Below, in pieces: positions 26,341 through 38,610 of a DNA stretch of 64,000 nt; the stretch's first letter is position 1; each line of letters begins with the position of its first letter. Both the position numbers and the translations under genes were made by a program. Under the pieces are notes generated by a model. That model ran no database searches, was not told where the DNA came from, and was given only the letters and a program-made list of their open reading frames with translations. The stretch covers positions 70,246,001 through 70,310,000 of the forward strand of contig NC_043005.1 of NCBI RefSeq assembly GCF_006345805.1, given 5' to 3'. The DNA is from Octopus sinensis (lineage: Eukaryota).

Positions 26341-28470
26341 GTGCAAGTCAAGCGTGACGCAGAGACAGAAAAACAGGATGCTCTGTTAGCATACGCTGAA
26401 CCTGACAACAACACCACCTCCACCACCATCAACATCGACAACAGCAACAAATACAAAACAAAGGTCGCAAGGCCAAGCTCCGTCAACACCATCAATGAGT
26501 CCACCACCAACACCGACAACAACACTATGGCAGAATCTGCTACTAAAACTGCTATCCCTACTAAAGACATCGCCACCAATAACAATACCAACATCACCAT
26601 CACCGCCACCAAAGACCGTGCCGTCAATGCTACTAATACCACTAACACCACCGCCGTCACCAAGAACGACAATAACAACAACAACAACAACAACAACGAC
26701 GACGACGACAACAACAATTCCCTTCAACCACTGCTCACTCCATCACCAACAAGTGAAAAAATAACGACGACAAGCAAACGAAATGCCGAAATTTGCGCTA
26801 ATGCAGGACTAAATTACGCAGGCAATTTTCCACCCCTTGCTAGTTGCATAATCAGCAACCACAAACCTACAACCAACACCCCTGCCATTAACACCAACAC
26901 CACCGGCAGTAACAACAATAACAAAACAACAACAAACTTCGCCGAGGCGATAAAAGAAAAGGTAACAAAAGTTTCGTTTACTACACAACAGATTAAAGAT
27001 TGCAGAAACCTTATTACAAATGAAAACGGAAAAATACTCTTACACATACCCCAAGACATACTGAATGAGGAGAAAAAAAAGACAATTGTATATAAAATCA
27101 CAAATAAAAAAACTAAAAGTCCAGAAAAGGCAAGCACAGACAAAGTCGAAAAGTGCTTACGCCCCATCTGGGGATACAAGGATTGTGTGACTTGGGCGAA
27201 CAAGTTCGCACACGTACAGGTGGTTTTTCAGAATGAAGAGTTGGCGAAGAAATTCTCAACGATAACCCTTCATTCTGATGAACTAACGATGACATCGAGT
27301 TACCTCGGCCAGAAGGTGACGAAGGTCATTATCAGTGGTGTCCCCCAAGTGACTACAACACTGTGGATAACATCCGCCTTAACATCCGAAATGGAGGACT
27401 TAAACATCCTAGATATCGGTGTTTCGGAAAACAAGGACTGGCTGGGAAAGAGAATAGAGTTCCTCTTCCACATAAGTCAAGAGGACATAAATAAAATCCC
27501 CACGCACGTACATCTTGAGGATGGCCGCAAGTTATACGTAGTAGTCGAGGGCAGAAGGCCACGATGCTATACATGTGGCAGTGAGGCACACCTCAAAAAG
27601 GAGTGCAAATCTGCCGCAAAATTACAACAACAACAGCCACAGGAAAAATCACAAAAGCCAGCATTATTGCCCACACCACAATATGGACAGCTAGTCAAGA
27701 AGCTGTATGCGGAAATGCAGGAAAAACAACAAAGAACAAGCCAACCCAACCAAACAACACCAACACCAGCGCCAAGAACAGAATCATCACCACCAACAAC
27801 AAATAAACCAATTCCAACACCAAGAATAACAACGAAGAAGACAAGCACCAAGGATGTAGGAGAGACAATAACCACAACAAACCCCCCAGCAACACCCTCC
27901 CCGCGCACCACAACAATATCTACAACCGCACAAACACACCCAAACGCTTTACCCTTGCCCCCTGCTGATTCGTCAGACTTTTCATATAACGATGAAAGTT
28001 CGACAGAATGGCAAATAGCCACAGGGGGTAAAAGAAAAAGATCAAGAAAAACCAAACAAGAAATCGCAACCAAAGCAGGGAGATACCTGAACCCTGAAAA
28101 CTCCATACACAACAAAACAAGCACCAACACCACAAAAACAATGCTATCAGCGATAGACACCAAAGACTCCAAACTAATGGAGTACATCACAGGATACACA
28201 AACATTTGTGAAGATGACTTTAAAAATAGCAATCATCCACGCACTACACCACCCAAACACATCAAAATACTACACATCACACAAACACAACACCACCAAC
28301 TCAAAGCCCTCTTCCCAAATGTTGTAGGGGGTTTCCAGAAATATCTGTCCCAAAACTATATAAAAAACTTCTCGAAGACACATCAAAGAACGAGGAAGCC
28401 AAAACTTTCGACACAAGTAAGTAACTCTCTGTACTTTCATTTGTGTGTTTTAAAGCACACACCCCAATAA
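26341..28470 (+). CDS. LINE ORF1p (gag-like nucleic-acid-binding protein); first in-frame ATG at 26527
   Basis: Open frame of 709 codons; zinc knuckle CYTCGSEAHLKKEC (C-X2-C-X4-H-X4-C); T/N/P-rich low-complexity flanks. Confidence 0.85.
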   Translation: MQVKRDAETEKQDALLAYAEPDNNTTSTTINIDNSNKYKTKVARPSSVNTINESTTNTDNNTMAESATKTAIPTKDIATNNNTNITITATKDRAVNATNTTNTTAVTKNDNNNNNNNNNDDDDNNNSLQPLLTPSPTSEKITTTSKRNAEICANAGLNYAGNFPPLASCIISNHKPTTNTPAINTNTTGSNNNNKTTTNFAEAIKEKVTKVSFTTQQIKDCRNLITNENGKILLHIPQDILNEEKKKTIVYKITNKKTKSPEKASTDKVEKCLRPIWGYKDCVTWANKFAHVQVVFQNEELAKKFSTITLHSDELTMTSSYLGQKVTKVIISGVPQVTTTLWITSALTSEMEDLNILDIGVSENKDWLGKRIEFLFHISQEDINKIPTHVHLEDGRKLYVVVEGRRPRCYTCGSEAHLKKECKSAAKLQQQQPQEKSQKPALLPTPQYGQLVKKLYAEMQEKQQRTSQPNQTTPTPAPRTESSPPTTNKPIPTPRITTKKTSTKDVGETITTTNPPATPSPRTTTISTTAQTHPNALPLPPADSSDFSYNDESSTEWQIATGGKRKRSRKTKQEIATKAGRYLNPENSIHNKTSTNTTKTMLSAIDTKDSKLMEYITGYTNICEDDFKNSNHPRTTPPKHIKILHITQTQHHQLKALFPNVVGGFQKYLSQNYIKNFSKTHQRTRKPKLSTQVSNSLYFHLCVLKHTPQ

Positions 28471-28474
28471 AATC

Positions 28475-29956
28475 ATGGTCAAGATTGGTTGTGTGAATGC
28501 GCGTGGCTTGGGGTCTCCTTGGAAACAAGGATACCTCCTAAATGACATCAAGTCACATGATTTGGGAATCATAGCCATAAGTGAGACCAGACTCCACGAG
28601 CCACGGGCCCTAAAATCCATGTTTGGCGGACAGTTTAACATTTATTTCGCTCCCTGTCTGCTGAGGATGGGCGGTAGTGGCACCGCGGTACTTTTTCACA
28701 AGAGCCTGGATCTCGAAGTCAAGACGATATTCGTAGACCCGGAGGGTAGACTGATCGTTCTGGATGTTGACGGCAGCAATGGGTGCGATTTTCGACTCGT
28801 ATTAGTCTACGCACCGCCCTTAACAGGTCGGGCGGATTTCTTTCGACGTCTAGAAGTATTCTTGGGAACGTCTCGTCCTTTACTCTTAGTGGGGGATTGG
28901 AATGCTACCTTGGACACGCATGTAGACTACGTGGGTAGAGACAGAAACAGAAGGGGATGCAAATGCCTCAGAGACCTGCTCAGACGATTCCAACTGTCTG
29001 ACAGGTACCGACTCGACCACCCAAATGCACCAACGTGGACATGGAGCAACCGCAGTGGGTCGTCGAGATCGTATCTAGATAGGATACTGTGTAGGACAGT
29101 AGACAGGGATAACTTAGGATGTCCACAATTCCACACAGTCAGCTACACGGATCACAAATTGGTGACGTGTATGCTAGACTTAGATAAGGCACATAGACAG
29201 GGTCCTGGGTACTGGAAACTGAACGCATCATTTCCGTCCAGACAAGTTTTCAGAGACCGGATTAGCACACTAGTAAAGAGGGGTTTGACGGGAGCCATCA
29301 TCAACAACAAATGGTGGTTTGCCCTCAAGAGAGCAGTAAAAGCAGAAGCGATTAGGTACAGCAAAGCACTAGCCATAGATAGAAATAGAGTAGAGGGTGA
29401 GCTAGTTAAGAAGCTAGAAGAGGCCATTAGAAGCGGCATCGCATCCGACGTTTTGGCGGCGAGGTTGGCCCTCGACCAACACTTCAACGCCAAACACGAA
29501 GGATGTGCTGTCAGAGCTAGGATGCGTGCTCTAAGGAACGAAGGTGTTGGAGCCGCGAGAGAGGCCCGGGTGGCAGAGGCGCAACAGGGCAACAAAGCCA
29601 CCATTCGGTCACTGGTAGATGAACAGGGGCGCGAATTGCTCGAGCCAAGTAAAATGTGTGAGGCCTTTCAGCAGCATTTTGCCCGACTGTTCGGGACGAG
29701 TGGAGGGCAAGAACGTAGGGTGGACTTCAGTGCCTACCTACATAGCCTGCCACGACTCTCGACAAGAAAGGCAGGGTGCTGCGAAGGTGCCATCACGGCG
29801 GCGGAAGTGCAGGAAGCGATAGCAGAATGCTCGAGGGACAAATCACCGGGTTTGGATGGTCTACCCTACGAGTTTTACAATTGTATACCAGACTGGTTTG
29901 GAGACGTCTTGGCAGCTGCAACTGGCAGCAAAACGGGAGCATACCCGGTTTTGTGA
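28475..29956 (+). CDS. LINE ORF2 part 1: apurinic-like endonuclease and linker (valid frame to ~29915)
   Basis: GCVNARGL, IAISET, LLVGDWN, SYLDRIL, TDHKLV, WKLNAS and KSPGLDG motifs. Confidence 0.92.
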   Translation: MVKIGCVNARGLGSPWKQGYLLNDIKSHDLGIIAISETRLHEPRALKSMFGGQFNIYFAPCLLRMGGSGTAVLFHKSLDLEVKTIFVDPEGRLIVLDVDGSNGCDFRLVLVYAPPLTGRADFFRRLEVFLGTSRPLLLVGDWNATLDTHVDYVGRDRNRRGCKCLRDLLRRFQLSDRYRLDHPNAPTWTWSNRSGSSRSYLDRILCRTVDRDNLGCPQFHTVSYTDHKLVTCMLDLDKAHRQGPGYWKLNASFPSRQVFRDRISTLVKRGLTGAIINNKWWFALKRAVKAEAIRYSKALAIDRNRVEGELVKKLEEAIRSGIASDVLAARLALDQHFNAKHEGCAVRARMRALRNEGVGAAREARVAEAQQGNKATIRSLVDEQGRELLEPSKMCEAFQQHFARLFGTSGGQERRVDFSAYLHSLPRLSTRKAGCCEGAITAAEVQEAIAECSRDKSPGLDGLPYEFYNCIPDWFGDVLAAATGSKTGAYPVL

Positions 29957-31905
29957 GTCGAGGAGCTGTAACACTGCTGAAGAAAGATCCAAACAAGGGA
30001 AACATTATAGATAACTTTAGACCAATCACGCTGCTCAATGCAGACCTGAAAATTTTGACAAAGGTGTTAGCCAAGAGGTTGGCGCTTGCCATCGAGAAAC
30101 TGGTCGACAACGCACAAACGTGCGCCGTGCCGGGCCGGAGCATCCATGACAACCTCCATCTAATGCGCTACATCATAGACAGGGTAGTTAACGAACCTGG
30201 CATGGGTGGGGCCCTGATCAACTTGGATCAATCGAAAGCCTTTGATAGGGTAGACCATCGATACTTGGAGGCAGTCCTGAGAGCGGCTGGTTTCGTGCCC
30301 GTCTTCCGCGGCTGGATAGCTGCCTTGTACAGAGGCATCCGTTCGGTAATTCGCGTAAATGGACATCTATCGAGACCTTTCGACATTGCAGGTTCGGTCC
30401 GTCAGGGATGCCCCCTCTCGGCGCTTCTATACGTATTGACTCTTGAGCCACTACTGCGGAAGCTGGCGACTCTAAGGGGCATCCTGCGAGAATTGGGATG
30501 CGGGACGAGCGTGTCTGCATACGCGGACGACGTCACCGTCATAGTGTCAAGCCACGAGCACATCGAGCGGGTCGGCGAGACACTGAAAGACTACGAAGCG
30601 GTGACAGGAGCAAAAATCAACCGGGAAAAGTCAGTGGGCTTGCGGCTCGGCACCTGGAGAAGCAAGCCTATGCCGTCCACCAGTACCTCCGTCGTGGAAC
30701 GCTGGACAGACGGCCCGGTTGAGTTGCTCGGGGTCTGGTTCGGTCCGGACCTCCAAATGGAGAAGAACTGGAACGAGATAACGAGTAGGGTGGTCACTCT
30801 CGCCCAGCAATGGGCCGAGAGGAAACTGTCCCTAAAAGGTCGGGCGGAGGTGGTGAACGCGTACATCGCGTCCATCATCTACTACCGCCTGACCGTCGTA
30901 CCTTGTCCCGACCCTACCATCACCAAACTAGAACGCATCCTCTTCCGCTTCTTGTGGAAAGGATGCGTCCCGATGGTCAGGCGATCCATTTGCTGTCAAC
31001 ATCCGTTAAAAGGAGGGCTGGGCATTCCGTGGTTGACGATGCGCAGACACGCGCTGAGACTGCGACATCTCCGGCTCTATGTAGACGACGGTGAACAGGT
31101 GTGGTCGCCGTTTGTGAGGCACGCATTCCCGCAACTCGTCTCCATGACCGAACTACAGTCGTGGATCAAACAGAGGCCGAGGAAGGGCGAATGGCACCGC
31201 GAGTGTCTCGTTGCTCTCAAGCAACTCTGCCGTCCCGGGTCGACCTTGAGTGACTTCAACACAACCAAAGCATTCTATAGGGGATTAGTGGAGGGGAGGT
31301 ACGACGACGAGCTCGAGGCAAACCTGGGCGTCGACGAGGAATACCTAACCCGCCTGTTTCAAACGACTTTCGGCCCGGGACCTATGGACAACTTCCAGAG
31401 ATCCTTGGCCTGGCGGTGCTACCGAGAAGCGCTACCCGTTCGGGATAAGCTCTATAGGCATGGCTCGAGAAACACGGAGCCGACCTGCCCGAGATGCGGG
31501 CAGAGCGACGAAACCGCTCTGCACGCAATCGTGCAGTGTCCAGCAATTTCCGACCTGTGGGCTTATGTCGAACGACTGCTGTCACGTGTTGGACGTGTCG
31601 GTTTATCAGCCGAGTCTATCGTTAATATCGTCACGCCTCCTTCCTTCAAACGGGAAGGAAGAGCTATTTTTATCATACTTGTGGCTATGGCGAAAGAATG
31701 TATCTGGTGGACGCGCCTGAAAGGATTAGAGACAAACACTTTCCTCTCTGGTCAATCTCTCATCAACTTCTTCAAGTATCACTTGAAGAGGAAAGTGAGA
31801 GTAGAGAGGCAAGTTTTGTCTAGTGAATGTTTTAAAAAAAGATGGGTGAATGTAGCAAGGATGGCAAGTATGAATGACGAAGCCACCTTGACTATGATTC
31901 TATGA
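29776..31905 (+). CDS. LINE ORF2 part 2: reverse transcriptase and C-terminal zinc finger (valid frame from ~29918; ORF2 is frameshifted)
   Basis: FRPITLLNADLKI, DQSKAFDRV, QGCPLS, YADDV, GGLG, CPRCGQSDETALHAIVQC. Confidence 0.92.
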   Translation: MLRRCHHGGGSAGSDSRMLEGQITGFGWSTLRVLQLYTRLVWRRLGSCNWQQNGSIPGFVSRGAVTLLKKDPNKGNIIDNFRPITLLNADLKILTKVLAKRLALAIEKLVDNAQTCAVPGRSIHDNLHLMRYIIDRVVNEPGMGGALINLDQSKAFDRVDHRYLEAVLRAAGFVPVFRGWIAALYRGIRSVIRVNGHLSRPFDIAGSVRQGCPLSALLYVLTLEPLLRKLATLRGILRELGCGTSVSAYADDVTVIVSSHEHIERVGETLKDYEAVTGAKINREKSVGLRLGTWRSKPMPSTSTSVVERWTDGPVELLGVWFGPDLQMEKNWNEITSRVVTLAQQWAERKLSLKGRAEVVNAYIASIIYYRLTVVPCPDPTITKLERILFRFLWKGCVPMVRRSICCQHPLKGGLGIPWLTMRRHALRLRHLRLYVDDGEQVWSPFVRHAFPQLVSMTELQSWIKQRPRKGEWHRECLVALKQLCRPGSTLSDFNTTKAFYRGLVEGRYDDELEANLGVDEEYLTRLFQTTFGPGPMDNFQRSLAWRCYREALPVRDKLYRHGSRNTEPTCPRCGQSDETALHAIVQCPAISDLWAYVERLLSRVGRVGLSAESIVNIVTPPSFKREGRAIFIILVAMAKECIWWTRLKGLETNTFLSGQSLINFFKYHLKRKVRVERQVLSSECFKKRWVNVARMASMNDEATLTMIL

Positions 31906-32379
31906 ACCATAAAAATTAATACAGAGAGTTGATTATTTGCAAAAAAAAAAAAAAAAAGAAATATAACATGTGACTTCATTGACCGAGGTTACCGTGGTCT
32001 TTTCCGTAGGCTTTTCTTTCCACGGGTAAACCTCACCTGTCCTCCCCTTTACACTTCATATTGACATTTCTGTGATAACGATCCCTATTATTCATTTTTT
32101 TCTTCCCCCCTTTTTTTGTCCTTTTTCTTTCCTTTTACGATCCCTTTTGATCGAAAACCACCACTCTCTTTTTTTTTTTTTACCCCCAAAAGAAAAGCTC
32201 TACCTTGTAATTTGTTCTATCTGTGTGCAGCCCTGTGTGGCTAATAAAGAAACATATCTATCTATATATCTATCAGCTATCAATCAATCTACCTATATCT
32301 ATCTGTCTATCTCCCCCTCTCTCTTCGCATATATATATATATGTGTGTGTGTGTGTGTATATATATATATGTGTGTGTG

Positions 32380-32438
<59 letters not shown>

Positions 32439-32919
32439 CACACATTTATCTATGTATGTGTGGTGTGTATTCATACATATGCATATGTGTATGTTCATGG
32501 ATGTATAGATACATATATATTTTTATATCTATGCTTTTCATTTCCATTCGCGTATATTGTTCGGTAAGCATGCAAGTAATTGTTTTATCATTATACGTAA
32601 TTTTATAAAATTATAAAATTGGGAAAAATAGAAAAATAGGACGTAAAATTCAGACTATATTAGAAATTCATTAACTCATATTTACCTGTACACAATTATT
32701 CGAAACATTGCGTGTATATATACATATATATATATAATATATATATATATATAATATATATATATATAATATATATATATATGTGTGTGTGTGTGGTGTG
32801 TGTGTGTGTGTGTGGTGTGTGTGTGTGTGTGTGTGTGGTGTACTGTTTCGTAATTGTAATATTAACAAAAACCGTACGCCATACGTTGAGAGATAAATAT
32901 TAATTAATAAACAGAATAT

Positions 32920-33640
32920 ATTTTTTTATGAGCTACTTAATGGTTTCATGCGATGGGAGCATCTCACACAGCAGTTTTTAACGTGTCTGGTGCTTCACAT
33001 AATCCTCAGGCTATGCCCCCCCCCCCACGCATACACACACCGTGGCATAGCAAGAGAAAACAGGATGACTAGAGGAAAGAATATCCGAGGAAAGGCGGGA
33101 AGGGAGCAGAAGTAAAAGGTCGAAGGTTGTGAAACCGGAAAGCGAAAAAGAAAACAGAAAAAGAAAAAGTTGAAAGGATAAAATTATGTCCCATAAAGTC
33201 ATAAGCCGGAAAGGATAGTTGTCTGCAATACAGTTTCTTAATCCGGGAACTTATTCGTGTGTTTACAACATCTGAAAATACCAGTTCTAGATTTCAGCAC
33301 TGCAGTGGATTTCTTTCCTTAAAAAAATATGTGTTCTTTCATCTACACATAGCTCAAAATGTTTCATCGGTTGATATATGATATGGACTTTTCAGCAATT
33401 TTCCACTTTATTGTATGTGGTGTGGCATTAGACTTCTAACCCCTTACGCTGCCACCCAACATAGTGCCTTTACTTTTGTCGTTGCTGCCGGATGGAAGAT
33501 AGGTGGTTAGTATAGCGATGTTTGAAACCGCCTTCGCATAGCCGGATGTGGCTATTCTTTTCGGTTATGTTATAATCTAGCGTCTCTGTAACTTCTGCCT
33601 CATGTATGACAGGCTTAATCGTGCATCCCTCCTGGTTCCT
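32920..33640 (-). mobile_element. Penelope-like element 3' remnant (GIY-YIG ~33255-33640 plus tail)
   Basis: GCTIKPVIHEAEVT...SHIRLCEGGFKHRYTNHLSSIR...IKWKIAEKS...CKHTNKF resembles PLE endonuclease C-termini; stops and frameshifts present. Confidence 0.75.
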
Positions 33641-34471
33641 AGTTCATATTTATATGTGCTATTCGATATATCGCTCTTATTTCGTTGAGATGTTGTTACC
33701 ATGGAACAAAGAGATGAGCACCATTTGTTATATTCTACCCGAAGGACATACAGACATAGCTACATAGAATCATAGAAACGTCTATGCACATCTATACACA
33801 AATGTACTTATACTCACACATATCATTCCATTTATGTACATGCGTGTGCATGTGCGTGTGTGTATGTATATATGTATGTATGTAAGTATGAATGTTTGTA
33901 TGTAATGGCAATGTTATAGATGTTTCTATTAGTGATGAAAATAAGTCGAAACTTAGCGATATTGTAAACATCATAGATATTGTAAACATCGTTCACAACA
34001 GACAGTTTTAATTACTAATATCATCGTATCAAAATCTCTTTGTGCATTTATTTTACATAACACCTATGTAATCACTGAAAGGCAAAATTTTGGCAAAAAA
34101 TATTTACAAAATATGCTGTTCGCTATCGAAAAAGTGACATGATCATTTGACTTTAAAATGCTTAAACTACTTAAATAGTCACATGTATGTATGAAAATGT
34201 ATATACGTATGTATGCATGTATATATATATATATATTCAAACGCACGCACACGGAGATGCGTGTATTTGTGTGTATATATGTGTTAGTCTATTTGTATAT
34301 GTATATATATACATACATACACACACATACACACACACACACGCATATATATATATATGTATATATATTGATGGAAATAGCAAGACAACAAAAGAATTAA
34401 AGAGACCTCGATATTATGTAAATAAAGGAATTTATCTGTAAACATATGCGACAATTATTCGGTAGCCAAAT

Positions 34472-34502
<31 letters not shown>

Positions 34503-34764
34503 CATACATACACACACACAGAGATATGCGTGTTTGAGTGTATGTATGTGTAAGTGTTTATATATACAACTGACGTCGAAAGACTTTATAAACTATCGGG
34601 AGAGTGTGGAGTATAGGATTTTTTTAATTATGTTGGTTCTCGAAGTGCATATAATGTTATAAACAACATCATGTAAATAGGGGGCAGACTTCGTCTTTTC
34701 TTGGCAAATGAGATTTTTCAACCCAATATCTACATTTTATTGTTTATAGTTTTATATGTATTTC

Positions 34765-35700
34765 GTGGCGTACAAACTTGAACGTACTACATCACGATTT
34801 TGCAAACGCCTGTGATAAACATGATAATAGGATAATATGAAAGAAGCTATGGAGACTCGGCTTAGTTGGAGAACTGCGTGAGTAATTACATGACTTCTTC
34901 AAAGACAGAAGTCAGGCTGTAGCAATCAATGTTGCCTTCTCCATGAACACAGTATTAAATAATGGGATCTTCAGGAAACTCACTAGGGGCCTTTGCTGTT
35001 TATGATAGCTCCCTCAGACATGATATAAGTTACTCAACCAGCTACACTTACTAGCGATGTCGACGATGAAAAGTCGTATAAGCACTCAAGAAAACTTTCA
35101 AAGTTAATCTTCTACAAAATGTCAAAGATGCCGTATAATAATAGGCTTCAGAAATCAATATTCAATACAATGCAGGAAAATTCCATGTCCGATGTATTCA
35201 GCCAGCTTATACTAACACGCCGCCACAAATATGTTTCAGACAAAAGGGATCGCTATTCCTAGTCTCACACAATGCCTGGTCTAGGGATTGATATCAGGAA
35301 GAACGCTCGGTTTCAGATACGTATCTATACATATCACCAAAATGGTGGTAATGTGCAAGTGAATGGCCAATGAATTTTGAGAACTTTCAGAACAAGTGAC
35401 CAGGCAGCTATGCTGTTTTTACGGAGAACATTTGTCCTCAGCCGCCTTCACTACTGCGTTCAATTCTGGTCAAAGTACAGTGCCAAATTAATCGCAGAAC
35501 TTGTAACCGTTCAGCGCTGTTACACCAGTAAGACTACTTAGAGACAGGACGCTGAACTACTTAGAGAGACCGAAAGAGTTACGAATTGTACTTCTGGAGC
35601 AAAGACGGGAGAGATATGCAGATCTTAGATGTTTTGGTATCAAATTTCAGCACCGAGAGTTATACCGGACCAGGTACAGCAATAGCTTTGGATTCAAATG
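34765..35700 (+). mobile_element. Decayed CR1/L2-group LINE RT fragment
   Basis: DFANACDK (cf. DFAKAFDK), LHDFFKDRSQAV, degenerate YADD region, ERPKELR...RRERY near the 3' end. Confidence 0.75.
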
Positions 35701-35974
35701 CCCACAATCATGTAATATCTTGTCAGAAAATCTAAAAAATCTACATTGAGTGGGGATAGCAGTTTCTAAGAAACAATTTGATTTCCTGTTGTCCTAGGTC
35801 CTAGATTAATTTATATTACGGCAAGAAACTCACAAGAGCGTAGTAATATCAAGATCCCTACTTCACCAAAGCCTAATCACAATAGAATATCTATAGAAAA
35901 TGTTATAATACTGGCGGCGCCCCTGTATGGCCACCACCTTTGAACCGAAACACATAAAAGTACAAAAGAATATA

Positions 35975-36026
35975 GATTTATAGATAGATAGAAAGAAAGA
36001 AAGAAAGAAAGAAAGGTAGATATAGA

Positions 36027-36121
<95 letters not shown>

Positions 36122-36145
36122 GTAGGTAGTGAGATAGATAGATAA

Positions 36146-36209
<64 letters not shown>

Positions 36210-36218
36210 GTAGATAGG

Positions 36219-36269
<51 letters not shown>

Positions 36270-36270
36270 T

Positions 36271-36358
<88 letters not shown>
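35975..36358. repeat. (GATA)n/(GACA)n/(GAAA)n microsatellite, ~385 bp
   Basis: Read directly. Confidence 0.98.
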
Positions 36359-37756
36359 CACCTACATTCATAACGTACGATTGAATTTAGGAAGATTTGA
36401 AGTGAAGGATATTAAAGAGATAGATTGTATTTATAGTAAAATATTTTATTGCTAATATATTAGAGTAATTAGGTGCTTGTGTCGGTAACTATTAATTAAA
36501 AGAACTGAAAATATAATTATATGTTTTAATATATAAAAGATAAGAAGGAACGTGAAAAATATATAACTGTAATTATCTTATAAGTAACATGGCATCATAT
36601 ATCTCAGTTGAATATCTTGCAATGGCGCCATCTAGGTTGATATTTGTACGGTAAATGAATTCTTCGAAAATTGATTCTGTGATATTAATATTAATATACG
36701 CATAATCATTATGTGTGTGTAATTGGACGTTATTTAAATATAAAAGTATATTTTAAGTTGTATGACGATATTTGTGTCTCGAAAGTCTGCGTGCCAAAAT
36801 TAATAAGATTGTGAGTTCTTCCTTTGGATTTTTGTAACAAATTGTGTGAAAAAGTATTGGCGTGTGTTATGTAGGTGAGTAACTCTGGCTACTAGATTTT
36901 ATACTGGAATTAAATGTTGTTTAACTGTTACATCCTGGAGAGAATTGGAGGCTTATAAATAAAATTGGTAGATAATGTTTACATCAGAATTTTTAAAATC
37001 ACTGTGATTGTGTAATTAATTAAAATATGATTTAAGTAAATACTGAAATCCTGATGAGGTGGAAGATCTTAATGATGGTAATTATGATGATGTCGACGAC
37101 GACGGTGATGGTGTTAATGATAATGATATAGATAAACTATTTTTAGAGGTAATAGGTTTTAATACAGATATGTGTGTATACTTTCAATTTATGATTGTAT
37201 CCAATACCAGGCAGTAGCAGGGAACTGCCAAAATGAAGTCTAAAACCAAGTGGTACTAATAATCTACATATGTGATTGCAATTTACATACAAAAACAGGG
37301 GAGATTAGAATATTTTATTTTAATGAAAAAACAAAGGGTTAAGAAATAGAATTTCTATAATTAGAATAATGTACATATGAAAGTTCAGGAGGACTGCAGT
37401 AAATCGATGGGAGATAAAGGGAATTTCTGAGTCAGGAATATATGGGTGCTAGAAAGCAGTATATTAATATTACCTGTAAACATTTATTATTATCAAGAAC
37501 AAAAAAAATATTTGCAAAATAGATATGAAAATATATGAGGGTAACATAATAAAATATATTTATTAAGGATGACTAAACAGGGTGTTCGGGGTTAAATTTT
37601 ACGATTTTTCATGTCTCCTCTTCTCTTTTCAGAAGCAGCTTGACGTATAGGGGAGCAGTAAGCGGCACTGGCAAACGTTAAGATTAATGTTATAATTGTA
37701 AAAAATAATTTTTTTTTAAATACTGGAAACTATCTGAATTTTGGAAGAAAGTTAAC

Positions 37757-38163
37757 TCTCTTTACACTTTACTCTTTTACTTGTTTCAGTCATTTGACTG
37801 CGGCCATGCTGGAGCACCGCCTTTAATCGAGCAATTCGATCCCGGGACTTATTCTTTTGTAAGCCCAGTACTTATTCTATCGGTCTCTTTTGCCGAACTG
37901 CTAAGTAACGGGGACATAAACACACCAGCATCGGTTGTCAAGCAATGCTAGGGGGACAAACACAGACACACATACACTCATATATATATATACATATATA
38001 CGACGGGCTTCTTTCAGTTTCCGTCTACCAAATCCACTCACAGGGCTTTGGTCGGCCCGAGGCTATTGTAGAAGACACTTGCCCAAGGTGTCACGCAGTG
38101 GGACTGAACCCGGAATCATGTGGTTGGTAAACAAGCTACTTACCACACAGCCACTCCTCCGCC
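37757..38163 (-). mobile_element. SINE family A, full length, low divergence
   Basis: Very similar to the 44581 and 53328 copies. Confidence 0.93.
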
Positions 38164-38349
38164 TATAACTGTATTATAATGATTTGCACCGAATATCAAA
38201 ATACCGATATCATGACTGCTGATGACTGCTACTCAATGCTGTGTGAACATTGTGAAGGCTGTATAACGTGGCATACGGAAAATAGGAAGCCATGAGTACC
38301 AAGAAGGAACACAGCAGGCATTCTGAGTGCATCCGCACACCGGAATTCA

Positions 38350-38610
38350 TCACCACATATTTGAAGAGTACAGTGTTTAAGCTCAATTCAGACGGCTACG
38401 TGAAGCTTCTGAAGACTTCGTCAAGCGCTGTCTCTAAAGGATCGCTTTGGAAAGCAATACCATTGGCAGCAGGATTTAGCTCCTTGCCATACCTCCTGAA
38501 ATAGTCAGAAGTAGTTGTCAGTGAACTTTTACGACTTCACCAGCCCCTTGTTCTGGACTCCTAATTCCCCCCAATTATAATCTCACGGTTAACTACAACT
38601 GGTCGCTTCG
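38350..38610 (+). mobile_element. Tc1/mariner DD37D(maT)-like transposase remnant
   Basis: PHIFEE...LNSDGYVKLL...WQQDLAPCHTS...SE.FYDFTSP...W.PNSP across frameshifts. Confidence 0.7.

Noticed and set aside
33958-33990. 15-bp direct duplication GATATTGTAAACATC with a 3-bp spacer (similar small duplications at 39735-39805 and 21790-21840)
   Set aside because: Ordinary small tandem duplications with no element between them.
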